From Eledone cirrhosa (Eukaryota), in assembly GCA_964016885.1 (NCBI GenBank), contig OZ024742.1:200012001-200076000 (forward strand): 64,000 nucleotides of DNA. The letters are read 5' to 3'. The position numbers were made by a program, and so were the translations under genes. Numbering within the stretch: position 1 is the stretch's first letter; every line of letters begins with the position of its first letter. Positions 50,358 through 64,000 of this stretch are shown piece after piece. The notes below the pieces were generated by a model that did no database searches, was not told where the DNA came from, and saw nothing but the letters and a program-made list of their open reading frames with translations.

Positions 50358-50549
50358 TCGGCCCCTTCACGCTTTTTGGAACGCTTCAAAAGGCATGCTT
50401 GCTTGGAACAGCAAGAACCCTCCGATACGTCCTGAATATCTGAGGCTGCAGGTAGTGGCTTGATATTCAATCCAACGGACTTTCCAGTTAACCAACATCA
50501 ATGACTGAGATTCAAGGAATAACAACAATAATAATAATAATAATAATAA
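50358..50549 (+). mobile_element. R4/Dong extreme 3' fragment
   Basis: GPFTLFGTLQKACLLGTARTLRYVLNI* followed by the 3' UTR and an (AAT)n tail. Confidence 0.93.
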
Positions 50550-53500
50550 AGATGCATAACATCTGGAACGAGATTGGTCTATTTAAATTAGATGAACAAA
50601 AATTGGCCGGGCAGGCTCGGGTAATAAGAACTAATGGGTGGATAAGCGAGCTGGAACTGGAGGAACTGAGCAGAGAGATTAGCTTAAAGATGGAGAGTGG
50701 AGTATGCCAGGCAAACGAGCCAGTGGGAAATGAAGGTGAAGAGGTCGAGAGAACGGAGGAACCACCCGAAGCAGACAATGATCTAAATGCTGAGATAAAT
50801 AATACCTGGAACAGAGATACGGCCACTGAGGAGATGAATGCTGACGGGCTAGGACAAGATTTGGTTGATATCCTAAACTTAGTGGTAGATGAATTGAACA
50901 ATGATAGTGGGAGACCTATGAACCTAAGATTTGTAGACAGGAAAAAGTTAAAAGAAACAACAGCTAAGGTAAACAAAGTCATCCCATACCTTGAGGCGAG
51001 GAGCCTTCACCAGTGCAACAATATCCTCAAAGCAACAGCAAATACGGTGAGGAAACTACTTGGTATAAAAGCGAGAGGAAACAACAGACAAGAAAGAGCA
51101 GAGCCTTGGTGGAAGAAACGACTGAGTGGTCAAATCAGGGAAATGAGAAATGACATTGGAAAGCTTGAGTCCCTACTGAATGGGACACTAAAAAACATAG
51201 ACACTAAAAATAGACTGGAAATAAAGTACAAAACTAGGAGGAAAAAGCTAAATATTATCATAGAGGAACTGAAGCAACGCATTGTAGCAAAGAGTGCAAA
51301 AATCAGGCGATACGAGAACAGAGTCAGTCAGTATAGACAGAACCGCATGTTCGACAACAACCAGAAGATGCTGTTTGGACGCTTGAAGGGAAAGAAAGAG
51401 GCAACGACTTGATCCCTGAGGCGGAACAAACTAAAACATTCTGGAGAGGAATATGGGAGCAGGATGTTAAACATAATGACCAGGCAGTGTGGATTGAGAC
51501 AGTACAGAAGGAGATTAGTGAACAGGCACACCAACAAACTGATTTGAGTATCACAGTTGAAACTCTTAAGGGGCAGGCCAAAAAACTAACCAACTGGAAA
51601 TAACCAGGCCCAGATGGTGTGCAGGGGTATTGGATTAAAAATATAACATCCCTCCACCCGAAACTGACAACCATGTTCAATGACTGCTTGATGTCAGGTG
51701 AGGTACCAGAGTGGTTGACAAAAGGTACCACAGTTCTGATAATGATAGACCGAATCAAGCTTAATGATGTTACCAACTATAGACCTATCACATGCCTGTC
51801 CGTAATGTGGAAACTGTTGACAAACATTATGTCTGAGGAAATCTACCATCACCTCCACACAAACAACTTGTTACCGGACGAACAGAAAGGATGCCGAAAG
51901 AAGTCACGTGGTACAAAGGACCAGTTACTTATTGATAAGATGGTAATGAGGAATTGCAAGAGGAGACACACTGGTCTTGCCATGGGACGGATAGACTACA
52001 AAAAATCATTTGACATGGTGCCTCATTCTTGGATCACCAAAAGCCTGGAGATCTTCAAGGTGGCAGATAACATCAGACAGTTGTTGGGCAAAAGTATGAA
52101 GTCCTGGGAAACAGAGTTAACATCAACTGGAGAATCCTTGGGAAGCGTGAAGATCAAGAGAGGTATCTTCCAGGGAGATAGTCTGTCCCCTCTGTTGTTT
52201 GTCCTTGCCCTGATGCCCCTGACAAGTGTACTGCGAAAAGTGAGAGCAGGATACAGGTTTGGAAAGGGAGGGCTTACCATCAATCACCTCCTCTTCATGG
52301 ACGATCTTAAGCTCTTCGGGAAGAGTGAGAAGAAGTTGGATGTGCTTGTTGACTGTCCGTATTTTCACCAATGATATATGTATGCAATTTGGTATTAGTA
52401 AGTGTGGAGTCATTGTGATGAAGAGGGGTAAGTTGAGCAGAATTAACGGAATACAGGTGAGATGATAAAGGAAATTGACTCTGAAGAAGGATACAAGTAT
52501 TTGGGCGTTCTGGAGGCTGATGACATCAAGAACAAAACAATGAAAGAATTGATAAGAACTGAATACATTCGGAGAATAAGGAGCGTATTAAAGGCACATC
52601 TGAACAGTGAACAGTAGGAATGCCATAAGTGCAGTAAATTCCCGAGCTGTGTCTATTATTAGGTACAGTGCGGGAATTCTGAGATGGAATGTTGCTGAAC
52701 AAAAAGAAATGGATAGGAAGACTAGGAAGCTATTGACTATCTACAACATGTTCCACAAGAGGAGTGATGTCGATAGACTCTACTTAAGGAGATCTGAAGG
52801 TGGAAGAGGTCTTATCAGCATAGAGGACTGTGTTCAGATGGAGAAAAACAACCTACACAAATACGTGACTGGTAGTAAGGAGCCAATGCTCAGAACTGTA
52901 CTGAAGGAGGGGACAATAGGCCAGGGGATGTCCAAGGAGGAAATAACATCAAGGAGAAAGAGCAGCCTTCAGGAAAAATCCCTTCATAGTACCTTCTTTG
53001 AGAAAACTAAATTTAGAGATCCACAGACATGGAACTGGTTGAAAAGAGAAGACCTTAAAAAGGCTACAGAAGGAATGTTAATGGCTGCGCAGGAGTAGGC
53101 CCTCAAAACGAAGTGGTTGAAACACCATATCTACAAGGAGGAGGCTAGCCCACTGTGCAGGATCTGTGGAGAGAGAGAGGAGACTGTGGCTCACATTGTA
53201 TCCGAGTGTAAACCCCTAGCCCAGACTCACTATAAGGGCTGGAGACACGATGTGATGGGCAGGGTGATCCACTGGCACCTATGCAAAGTAAACAATTTAC
53301 CACATTCTGAGAAATGGTATGAGCATAAGCCAGAGGCGGTGATAGAAAACGATCAGGTGAAGGTGCTGTGGGATTTTAGGATACAGACGGACAAGAAACT
53401 GGAACACAATAGACTTGACCTGGTGGTGGTGGACAAAGAAAAAAGATCCTGCCTGATTGTGGATGTGGCCTGCCCATTCGACACGAGAGTGCAAGAGAAG

Positions 53501-53828
53501 GAGAGGGAGAAAATTAACCGATACCAGGACTTAAAGTGGGAGGTAAAAAGGATTTGGAACTGCCATGAAGTCAAAGTGATCCCGATTGTCATAGGCGCAT
53601 TAGGGACTATCTCAAAAAGTTTCCAGGGATGGTTAAAGAAAATTGGCCCCTTCACGCTTTTTGGAACGCTTCAAAAGGCATGCTTGCTGGGAACAGCAAG
53701 AACCCTCCGATACGTTCTGAATATCTGAGGCTGCAGGTAGTGGCTTGATATTCATTTCAACAAACTTTCCAGTTAACTAACATCAATGACTGAGACTCAA
53801 AGAGTAATAACAACAATAATAATAATAA
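50550..53828 (+). pseudogene. 5'-truncated, disrupted R4/Dong copy
   Basis: Collinear with the 1130-aa ORF from MHNIW onward. It has a frameshift near 51390, a TAA stop at 51601, deletions near 52352 and 52455, a TGAACAG duplication near 52601 and a TAG stop at 53096. The RT motif reads FMDD. Confidence 0.93.
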
Positions 53829-54010
53829 TTGTTTCTACTTTAGGCACAAGGCCAGCAATTACCCAGTGCATTACTGGTACTTTATTTTATCGACCCCGTA
53901 AGGATGAAAGGCAAAGTCAACCTCGGCGGGATTTGAACTCAGATCGTAAAGGGACGTAACTATGCTGGAAAGCATGGCGTCCGACCCTCTACCGATACTG
54001 CCAATCCACC
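53827..54010 (-). mobile_element. SINE family A
   Basis: Tail-to-tail with Dong, sharing the TAA run. Confidence 0.85.
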
Positions 54011-54015
54011 AATCA

Positions 54016-54618
54016 TAATAATAATAAATAATAATAATAATAATAATGATTTCTTTATTAACCACAAAGGTTTACATAAAGTAGACATTAAGGACAGTAC
54101 AGGACAATACAGGACGGTACAAATGGGCATTTCTGCGTGTAAAAAACAAAAACAGAGGATGTAACAAAAAAATAACAATGAAAAATTCCCCAATAGGGGG
54201 GAGACTTCGGAGGGACATTTGTGGAGAAAGCCCAGTAAAAGACCAAAGTGACCCTGACCACCAAGGCAAGTGCCCTCTCCCAGTTTTCCACCTTTAATTT
54301 ACAGATACATACTCAGAGTAGGCCCATTCACTCGGGCCATACTTGCTTCTCTCACCCATCTTTCAACAAAATGCTGGGAAGAGAGCACTTCCCTCTCTAT
54401 CCTGATTTTCCTTTTCAAATGAAATTTGAAAAAGTTAATCAGGGCATCACCGAAGAGGTAAGTGCTCGTCTTCAGCCCTTTCAAACGTGTCCACCATACT
54501 ATCTCTTTCGCCATGGCCACCAGACAGATAAAAACTGCCTGCCCTTCCCGGCTAAAGGAAGAGGGCGGGGCAATCCTCACCATGGACTCAGATGAGAGCT
54601 AGATCCGTCCTACACGCG
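54016..54618 (-). mobile_element. Tx1 3' fragment
   Basis: Near-identical to 46140-46705, with TAA runs on both sides. Confidence 0.92.
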
Positions 54619-54642
54619 ATAATAATAATAATAATAATAATG

Positions 54643-54770
54643 ACTTCTACTATAGGCACAAGGCCAGCAATTTGGGGTGAGGGAAAAGTTGATTCAATCG
54701 ACCCCAGTGCGTGATTAGTACTTTATTTTATCGACCCGCGTAAGGATGAAATGCAAAGTTAACCTCGGCG
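54643..54770 (-). mobile_element. SINE family A (5'-truncated)
   Basis: Core and tail present. Cut by the palindrome at 54770. Confidence 0.75.
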
Positions 54771-54788
54771 GGGCATACCTCAATGCTG

Positions 54789-54830
<42 letters not shown>

Positions 54831-54879
54831 CAGCATTGAGGTATGCCCCTTTACGGCCCCTGTATATATATATAAGATT

Positions 54880-57200
54880 TGATGGTATTTATCGAGAATT
54901 GTAAAATTCTTTTTAGGGATTTAGTCCATAGTTTGCAAGTTAAATGGAGCGTTATACCATGTTACGTTTCTTTTATGGTTTCTAATTGGTTTCCTCTTAT
55001 TATATTGGGTATGTATAGAAGTTTGAGGGTAGATATTGTTATCAGATGATACTATAATGTTGTGATTGTTATTATGGGTGTGATTGTTATTATGTTGTGA
55101 TTGTTATTATGGGTGTGATTGTTATTATGGGTGTGATTGTTATTATGTTGTGATTGTTATTATGGGTGTGATTGTTATTATGGGTGTGATTGTTATTATG
55201 TTGTGATTGTTATTATGGGTGTGATTGTTATTATGGGTGTGAACTAATTGTTTAGTAGATTTTTGAATTGTATTAGTTTTTAATTTATTGCTTTTTGTTT
55301 GATTTATAGAGGATATTGTGAGTTTTATTAATGGAGCCTTATTGATAGGACCTGGAATTTTGGTATTATTCTTGTTATTTACAGTAGTTCGGATATGTTT
55401 CTGTGGTTTTGGGGATCGTAAGGATGTAGTTTGGTTAGGTTGAGAGATCATTGAAATAGGTAATATATCATTAGGTTTATTGTGAGAATTAATATATAAG
55501 ATGTTATTATTAACTGCTTTTTTAAGATTAATGGAGTTAGGTGTTTTCGTATGGTTTGTAGTAATATTATTAGGTAGGTTATAGAAATATTCAGAAACGT
55601 TAGGATTGATGATTTTTAGAGAATGTGTGTCATTCATGTTAATGCGGGTATTAGGAGTAATGGTAGGATCTGGGTTTTTCGGTGTTTCATTGCTGGCACT
55701 AACTCTTTGGTTTTTTTATGGTGTTTGTTGCTTATGCTCGGTTGTATGCTGGAGGTATTCATGGTGTTAGGTATGTAAAATATTTTATCCTTGTAGCCAC
55801 TTCTAGTTAAAGCCTCATTATAATAAGTGCATTTTTATAGAATATTTCTTCATTAGATGATAATTTAGATAATCTGAGTGAGATATTGTACACTAGAATT
55901 TTTAGTATGGAACTAGTGTGGTTAGATTGTGAGTGTATATAATGCAGGTTTTGGTTTGGTTTGTGGTGGGGTTGGTAAGTGCCTGTTGATAGATCTAACG
56001 TGATGTCGAGGAAATTGACCATTTTAGTGCTATTTTCAAAAGTAATGGTAAGATTATAGTAATCTTTGAGGAATTTCCTAATATTTTTTTATTTCTCTCA
56101 ATTGCTGAGAGACTAAGATTGTTAGATAAAAGAAGACAGCCATCGCGATATAGACCACCTTTGAGGTGGGGAAAAGAGGAATTTAAATTATATAGGAGAA
56201 AGAGGCCCACAAGGTCCGTAACCTGGGCGGAATCCATCGACCCCATTGTGATATCATATAAATCACTATATGTATTTCTAGTCCAATACTCGCTTTGGAA
56301 GTCCAGTAGTGTTTTCTGGCATGTGTGATGATATTAATTTCATTCATAGTTATGTCCGATCTATTTTGGGCGAAAATTAATGCTTTGTTCAGTAGTATGA
56401 GGGATATTGATGAATAATATGCATCAATGTCGAATTGGAGAAATGAAGCCGAGGGCTTATTTTTGATGTCGGCGAACCAATTGATAACTTGGGAAGTGTT
56501 TTCCCACAGCGGTAGTTTTACGTTTCCTTAGTTGTGGGATAACTTTATCAAGAATCTTCTTGCTTATTACTCCGATGTCCGACTTAGATGGGTATATGAA
56601 TCTAATCGATGGGTTCGAGTTGAAGTCAGATTTATGATCTTTCAGATTAAAGTGTGGATTTTTTGGTGTGAAAGGCTCGGTTCTATCTTCGATGTTGAGT
56701 TCTTTTACTATGGTGTGTGATTTATTGTTTATAGAGGTAAGTGCTGTACTACTGCTTTTCTTATAGTTCTTCCTTAGTTCTTTATAAATGAACTGGTTAT
56801 ATTTATCAATGTTCATATGGTATAAGTTACCAGTTTTGTCAGAGTGGACATGAACTTTACTAGAGTTTTTTAGTTTAAATAGGATAGAGTCCAGTTCTTT
56901 TTGAAAGTTTGATTTGTGTTTCCTAAATTTGATGTGTTTAATCATATTGAGTAAATCTTTTTCAACATTTTCAAGTATAGAATTGTGAAGAGGGTTTTTA
57001 TATGTGCGAAAGTCATAAAAGTTTTTCTTCTCATCTCTTTTGGTTTTGTTGTCGAAGTGGTATGCCCGCCAACGAACTCTTCTAATAAATTGGTTAGTTT
57101 TTTGTATAAGAAGAAGGAATTCATCTTTAAAGGGAATTAGTACGTTTTTCAACGAAGTTCCTAAGTATTGTTTTTCCATTGCAATACGGATGTTAGACAA
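54880..57200 (-). pseudogene. Decayed Penelope-like element RT (Naiad-type), endonuclease end missing
   Basis: Across frameshifted ORFs: SLKNVLIP, FIRRVRWRAYHF, SDKTGNLY, LKDHK..PSIRFIYPSKSDIG, FLQFDIDAYYSSI, MGSMDSAQVTDLVG, GLYRDG, VNFLDITLDL, YIHSQSNH. Confidence 0.85.
55055..55241. repeat. 18-bp-type minisatellite (GGTGTGATTGTTATTATG) in the PLE linker
   Basis: About 10 tandem units. Confidence 0.9.
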
Positions 57201-57553
57201 GATTAAGACCTCAACTAAATATATTAATTAATGAAAAAATCAATGAAAAAGGAGCAGAGTATACCAATTAAAGGTAGGATCTAAACCGTATGAAGAACTC
57301 AATGTAATCCGTATGTAGAAGATGTCGTGAAGCAAAGTTTAAAATACAACATTTTCAACGATATAATTCATTGGATAGAGGGTCAAAAATACAAATAGTA
57401 AAACAATGAAATTAAACAAAAAACGGTTAATTCATACGGTTAATTCATTATTTTACGATCGTTTCTGGGGGGTAGTTCCCCGTATGTACATTCTATTATT
57501 GATTTATGTAAAATATATTACCATAGTAAGAAAATAGTGTATCTATGTGTATA

Positions 57554-57584
<31 letters not shown>

Positions 57585-57612
57585 GTATGAGTATATATAT
57601 ATATATATATAT

Positions 57613-58645
57613 AGTTAAAGAAAGAAGAGTAACATGGTTGGCTGTACAATAAAGGCTTTATTTAAAGTACTGACAATTGTTTCGTTGATCAGGTGTGTCT
57701 AGAGTTCGCTAATCGCTTGAGGTTGCGTCAATCGATCTCCAATACATTGTTTACCACTGGTCAACACATCAGAGCACATAGATATGAAAATAATTCACTC
57801 GAGCCAAGACTTATATAGAGCAGTAGCGTAAAACAAAACAATAACATCAATAATAAAATAGCGTATAATTAAAACAATAACATCAAAAATAAAACATGTA
57901 TGGTAAATAGATAGAGAAGTTACAGATCTAAAAAGTGACAAGTAAAATATAAGATAGGGTACATTAAAAAAAATAATAAGAAGAAAATGAGGAAATGGAA
58001 AATACAATGAAATAAAAGAAATAAAAGAGTGAGTGCGTGTACTTAGAATTAGATTTTAGTAGTTCTTGAGGAAGTGTTCTTTGGTGCTAACATGAGAGGC
58101 CAGATTTGAGATGTAGATAAATTTGTGTGGAGGGTCCGATAAAATAAAAGACAATAAAATAGAGATTAATTGATGTATTCTATTTATGGGTTGACAGGGC
58201 ATTTGATAAACGTTCGTTGTAGAATTTGGTTGTTCTACCTTAATGAAATTGATGGAGAGAGGGTGGAAGAGATGTATAGAGATTTATGGTCATGTGATCA
58301 GTTAACAGTTTGATAGCTAATAGCGGTCTGAAAATGTGTATTCTATATGTTAAAGTCTAGGTGGTAGAGTACTAATTTTGGAATTGCTGGTTCGAATCAT
58401 GGTGGTTTGAAGTTTGTAAATCTAGTAGCTATTTTATGCCTACAGAAAATAGATCTTTCTATTTTGCTGTTAAGCAGCATCTTATCGTACCTTAAAATAT
58501 GTAGCAGTTCTAAATTACAGAGCCGGCAGTGGGACATACCGTTGGTGTAGGCTTTTGCTGCCGTACAAGATTAGCTGGTCGAAATTATCGGCAGCAAAGG
58601 CCTACAACAACGGTATGTCCCACTGCGGGCTCTGTAATTTAGAAC
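57613..58645 (-). mobile_element. Naiad-type PLE 3' end (GIY-YIG C-terminus, 3' UTR and HHR) with an inverted 5' tip
   Basis: Minus strand 58562-58398 reads AAKAYTNGMSHCRLCNLELLHILRYDKMLLNSKIERSIFCRHK..KPP*. A 57-bp-arm fold-back spans 58507-58645. Confidence 0.75.
57667..57777 (-). ncRNA. Variant hammerhead (CUGAUGU core, extended stem II)
   Basis: gtgct-CTGATGT-GTTGACCAG-~65nt-CTGATCAAC-GAAA-CAATTG-TC^agtac. Confidence 0.65.
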
Positions 58646-58647
58646 GT

Positions 58648-58860
58648 TGTGGGTTCGATTCCTTGGCTGCGTGTTGTGTTCTTGAGCAAAACACTTCATT
58701 TCACGTTGCTCCAGTATACTCAGCTGAAAACGAGTACCAGCTGGGGGTTTAACCCTGCGATGGACTGGCGTCCTGTCCAGGGGGGTGTCTTGTACTCTCA
58801 GTCGCTTCACACCATCAAGCTGGGATAAGCACCGGCCAAATGAGCCTTCTGGCTTAAGAC
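58648..58860 (+). mobile_element. SINE family B-related (5'-truncated)
   Basis: GGGTTCGATTCC, GTGTTCTTGAGCAAAACACTTC, CCCTGCGATGGACTGGCGTCCTGTCCAGGG. Confidence 0.7.
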
Positions 58861-58962
58861 AGTCTTTAGATTTATATATATATATATATACACACACACA
58901 AAAACAAGATGGCGTAGGACAGAACAAAGGAGTGGCACAAAAAACAAAGAAAAGAATCACCA

Positions 58963-59005
58963 GTCACTGAAGAGGTCACAGAATTTGTGACGAAAGAACT
59001 TTGAC
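58963..59005 (+). ncRNA. Minimal type I hammerhead
   Basis: gtca-CTGAAGA-g-GTCACA-gaatt-TGTGAC-GAAA-GAAC-TT^tgac. Stem III is one change away from AGTACT. Confidence 0.78.
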
Positions 59006-59155
59006 AATATATAAACAACCATCTGGTTGTGGAACCAACCAACCGGAAATTTATAAATTTATAAATTCCTAAATTTATAAATTTATTATAATAAATTGAA
59101 GTGAAAGCAACTGGTGCGTGTGTTTCTTATTGGCAACATGACCCTCCCAAAGTAT

Positions 59156-59239
<84 letters not shown>

Positions 59240-59406
59240 TTGTGTGAGAGTGTGTGCTTACACTTTTGTCTGTGCCAATGTCTTGCAGGTTAGTGGTTCT
59301 ACAAAAACAGAAATCGATAAAATACGTACCAGTCGATATAATAGACTAAAATATTTTATGGCGCTGCCTCAGCTTCGTTGCAGTATAATGAGTGAATCAA
59401 GTAAAA

Positions 59407-59810
59407 TAATTGTTTCGAGTATAAACACAAGGCCAGTAATTTGGTGGGAGCGGAAAGTCGTTTAAATCGACCCCAGTACGTTACTGGTGCTTTATTTTAT
59501 TGACCCTGTAAGGATGAAAGGCAAAGTTAACCTCGGCGGGATTCGAACTCAGACGGCAAAGGGCCGCAACTCTATGCAGCAAAGCATGGTATCCGACTTT
59601 CTACCGATACTGCAAATCCACCACCCTTGAATCAAGTAAAATAATTGTTTCTACTTTTGGCACAAGGCCAGCAATTACCCAGTTCATTACTGGTACTTTA
59701 TTTTATCGAATCCGTAAGGATGAAAGGCAAAGTTAACCTCGGCGGGATTTTAACTCAGATCATAAGGGGCCATAACTCTATGCTGCAAAGCATGGCGGCC
59801 GACCCTCTAC
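59407..59810 (-). mobile_element. Two tandem SINE family A copies
   Basis: Cores at about 59490 and 59695. GAATCAAGTAAAATAATTGTTTC at about 59394 and 59629 suggests a target-site duplication. Confidence 0.82.
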
Positions 59811-60137
59811 TGCAAAACAAGTAAAATAATAATAGCATAAAAGAACATATATGTACATTGATGTGGTGCATGATAAAATATACTGTAAGAAAAGAAAGTA
59901 TTCGAGTTTAATTCCTCTAGGTTAGTATGCAATAATGCAGTGTATGATAAAATATATTATGGGCCATGAAATATAATTGTAGACTAAAAACTATGAACAC
60001 TCATGCCATTACGTGCAATCAAAATAATATATAGAAACCTCAGTATTATTATATTCCTCTCTCTCTACCATCTTTTTTTTTCTATTTCTCTTTCTGTATT
60101 CTTTCTTTCTCTTACTCTTTCTCTCTCTATCTCTCTC

Positions 60138-60237
<100 letters not shown>

Positions 60238-60269
60238 CTATCTATCTATCTATCTATACATACATAGAT

Positions 60270-60412
60270 AAGAAAAAGTATGACCCCGACGGCAGAGCTC
60301 AAGCCGTTTCGACGGGGTCATACTTTTTACTATTACCCACTCTACTAGCCTAAGTATTGAGTACTCTGGTGCGTTATGGTCCATCTGGTTCCTTACCACA
60401 ACTCCTTCGTTC
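60270..60412 (+). mobile_element. Family X fold-back element
   Basis: AAAAAGTATGACCCCG...CGGGGTCATACTTTT followed by the family tail. Confidence 0.78.
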
Positions 60413-60483
60413 ATACATATATATATGTGTGTGTGTGTGTGTTTGTATGTGTGTATAAATACGCACACTCATATATATACATA

Positions 60484-60527
<44 letters not shown>

Positions 60528-61075
60528 ATACATACACACACACACACACACATACACACAGACACACACACATACACACACACACACACGCATATATATA
60601 TATATATAAATATGTGTGTGTGTGTGTGTGTGTTTGTGTGTAAAAGAGAGAGAGTAAGAGTAAAACATACAGATCCAAATAAAATAGAAATAAAATAACG
60701 AAGCAATATGAAACAAGGAAAAAAATTCAAATGCAATGTAGGCTTCAATGTTTAGTAGTGTCAAGAGAAGGTTGAAGAGGCTACGGTATGGAAATATTAA
60801 TGTGGTGAAGCATGATAAACTAAATTATAAGGCAAAGAGTCGAGGTTTTGTAGGTTAATATACTAAAATTGAGAGCATGGTAACAAAGTATTTTTGCAGA
60901 AATAAGGCAAGGATTCGTTCTTTCAGGTTACTATATAGAAATTGGTCCATAATGATAAATTCTAGTTCATTATTGGTTTACCCTTATAGAAACCTCAGTA
61001 TTATTATATTCCTCACTCTCTCTGTCATGTCCCTTTTTCTCTTTCTTTCTCTCTCTTTACCCTCTCTCTATCTCT

Positions 61076-61141
<66 letters not shown>

Positions 61142-61194
61142 CAATGATATTAATAAATGGAAACTATATTTATAAAACCATATTTATTTTATTA

Positions 61195-62901
61195 CTAGCA
61201 GTGGTACCGGCGTTGCACGGGATAAGGTATTTTGGAACGCGGGCCCGCAACAGACCTAATCGTGGAAAAACTGCATAGCTGGACAATATGTGAAGTTTTA
61301 TATATATATATATATATACACTAGCAGCTGAGCCCGGTTGCACCCGGGGCCACTTTTTATTAAGTTAATAATTTGAAAAATATTATTGAAAGTTTATTAT
61401 AAAGAAGCAGCTTCAGGAAAAAAAAATAGAAATATGCACTTGGGGCTGGACGGCGTACAATGAGAAGTGGAGCGACGTGAAAAGCGCTGTTTAACAGCGA
61501 AATAGCAATGTCGATGATATGCAATTTGAAAAATACTACTTACTGTTAGTAGTGGTTAACATGTATTAGAATTAAAATAAAAACACGCGTCCCTTCTTCG
61601 CACTTTAAGGGTTTGGCGATACTTGGTTTTAGTGTCCTAAATTATCATCATCGACATTCAATTATTAGCTCCACCCACTACACGATACGTCACGACACGT
61701 CATCAGCTGCTGCTGCGGCTTGACTTTTACATGTTCATTTTCTTACATGCTTCATTTTTACACGAAAAAACATTGAATTTTTAGAATAAATATTTATTAA
61801 AATATTAACAGAGAAAATTAGATTTTTTATTTATTTTTTTAACAAAATAAATATTTATTTACAGTTTTTAACCGAAACACTATGCTTCATTTTTACATGA
61901 ATATTTATTTACAGTTTTTAACAGAAAAAAAATTTGCTGCGAAATACATTTTTTTTTAAACAGATTTACAGTTTTTAACAACAGAAAAAAAATTTCTTTA
62001 AACAATATATTGTTGCGATATACAGTTTAAAATTTTTTCGAAACATTTACTTTCGTGACGTATCGTGTAGTGGGTGGAGCTAATAATTGAATGTCGATGA
62101 TGATAATTTAGGACACTAAAACCAAGTATCGCCAAGGGTTTTATTTCTTTTGATGGAAAACAGTGACTGTACTGCAGAATCGATTTCATAAAATGGTACT
62201 GTATGATCGGTAAATGTAGAAGGATGATGAAATTGTAAATAAGACAAAAGTATTAGAACAGGGGGAAATAACTCACCGAACACGATCGTTTTGGCTCCCA
62301 GGGGCCACATTTTTCAAGTTAGAGATTTGAACCTCGTCTATTTGCTTCCTTGGCACTTTTTACATAGGTGTGTAAATTTTCATGTCAGTCCGACCACGTC
62401 TACTACCATTTAACCGTGCACATTTGAATTTCAACCACCGCCCATTTCACAAATATATATTAGATATATATATTAAAATAACAGATTAAAGTTTAAGCAA
62501 AGAATCGTTGCTTTCACCCTTAATGGGATCTTCTGAAACTAAAAAAATCAATCTGTGAACGCAAAAGTAAATATTTCGAAAAACGTTGCAACCGAAGGAA
62601 GACGATACTCTGGTTCGTGAAGACGTTCCCTGGCAATGAACGAAAAATAGCGAACATAATACGCCATCAATGTTCGTCAGAATGTCGTAATGCAGACAGC
62701 CAGGCATACAGACAGATATTATAAGAGGGCGACGGAGATGGGTCCTTTAACGCCTTTAACGCCTAACACCCCTTTAACAACAGAAAATTGAAAAATAAAA
62801 GCTGCAGTTAATATCTTTGGACCGCAAGGAATATATAAATGCAAATTTGAAGTCAATCGGAGTAGAAATGTGGATTTGTATAGACTTTGCAAAAAATGAG
62901 G

Positions 62902-62933
<32 letters not shown>

Positions 62934-62958
62934 AACATCAGTTATATATATATATAGA
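61195..62958 (-). mobile_element. Nested or adjacent non-autonomous Helitrons
   Basis: Two hairpin+CTAG 3' ends on the minus strand (61195, 61321) and two A|TCTA(A)TATATAT-type 5' ends (62464, 62958). Confidence 0.6.
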
Positions 62959-63000
62959 TATATATTTCACTGGTACCAACATTTTATAAAACAAATTTTG

Positions 63001-63060
63001 TATTTTATCTGATGAGGGCGTAAAAAATGTTGGTACCCTTGAAATATATGTAATAAAATA
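63001..63060 (+). ncRNA. Type I hammerhead
   Basis: tattttat-CTGATGA-GGGCGTA..TACCCTT-GAAA-T-atat-G-TA^ataaaata. Stem I is 8 bp and stem II is partly damaged. Confidence 0.72.
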
Positions 63061-63164
63061 AATATGCTTTTATAACTATAGTTTCCATTTATTAATATCA
63101 TTGATATTATACTCTGTTATAAATAAATTTGTTGAATAACCAACAAATTAAATATCTCTTTGCT

Positions 63165-63268
<104 letters not shown>

Positions 63269-63269
63269 A

Positions 63270-64000
<731 letters not shown>

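Noticed and set aside
58100-58400. SECIS element downstream of the PLE stop codon
   Set aside because: No AUGA/GA quartet with an apical AA at the right spacing was found by eye.

Overview
AT-rich animal DNA with no recognisable host gene. The (TA)n density and SINE types suggest an octopus or other cephalopod, which is inference. The window is almost entirely microsatellites and retroelements. It holds one full-ORF R4/Dong-clade RLE non-LTR retrotransposon (6966-10358, -) plus three truncated or decayed copies, and one near-intact Tx1/L1-clade ORF2 (46386-49799, -) plus 3' fragments. It also holds decayed Penelope-like (PLE, Naiad-type) RT and GIY-YIG pieces (54.9-58.6 kb), RTE-like relics, two tRNA-derived SINE families, non-autonomous Helitrons and a tiny Tc1/mariner-type MITE. 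The most interesting layer does not show in the ORF track. By eye I find 11 type I hammerhead ribozyme (HHR) motifs with intact cores and about 7 variant or decayed ones. Many sit in short non-coding units (310-560 bp) inserted in (TA)n as more than one tandem unit followed by a fold-back inversion, resembling retrozymes or non-autonomous PLEs. One family appears to snap back at the ribozyme stem II, and two unrelated elements share an unusual CUGRUGU core with a very long stem II. All coordinates were read manually (ribozymes +/-2 nt, repeat boundaries +/-10-20 nt), and no folding or database search was run.
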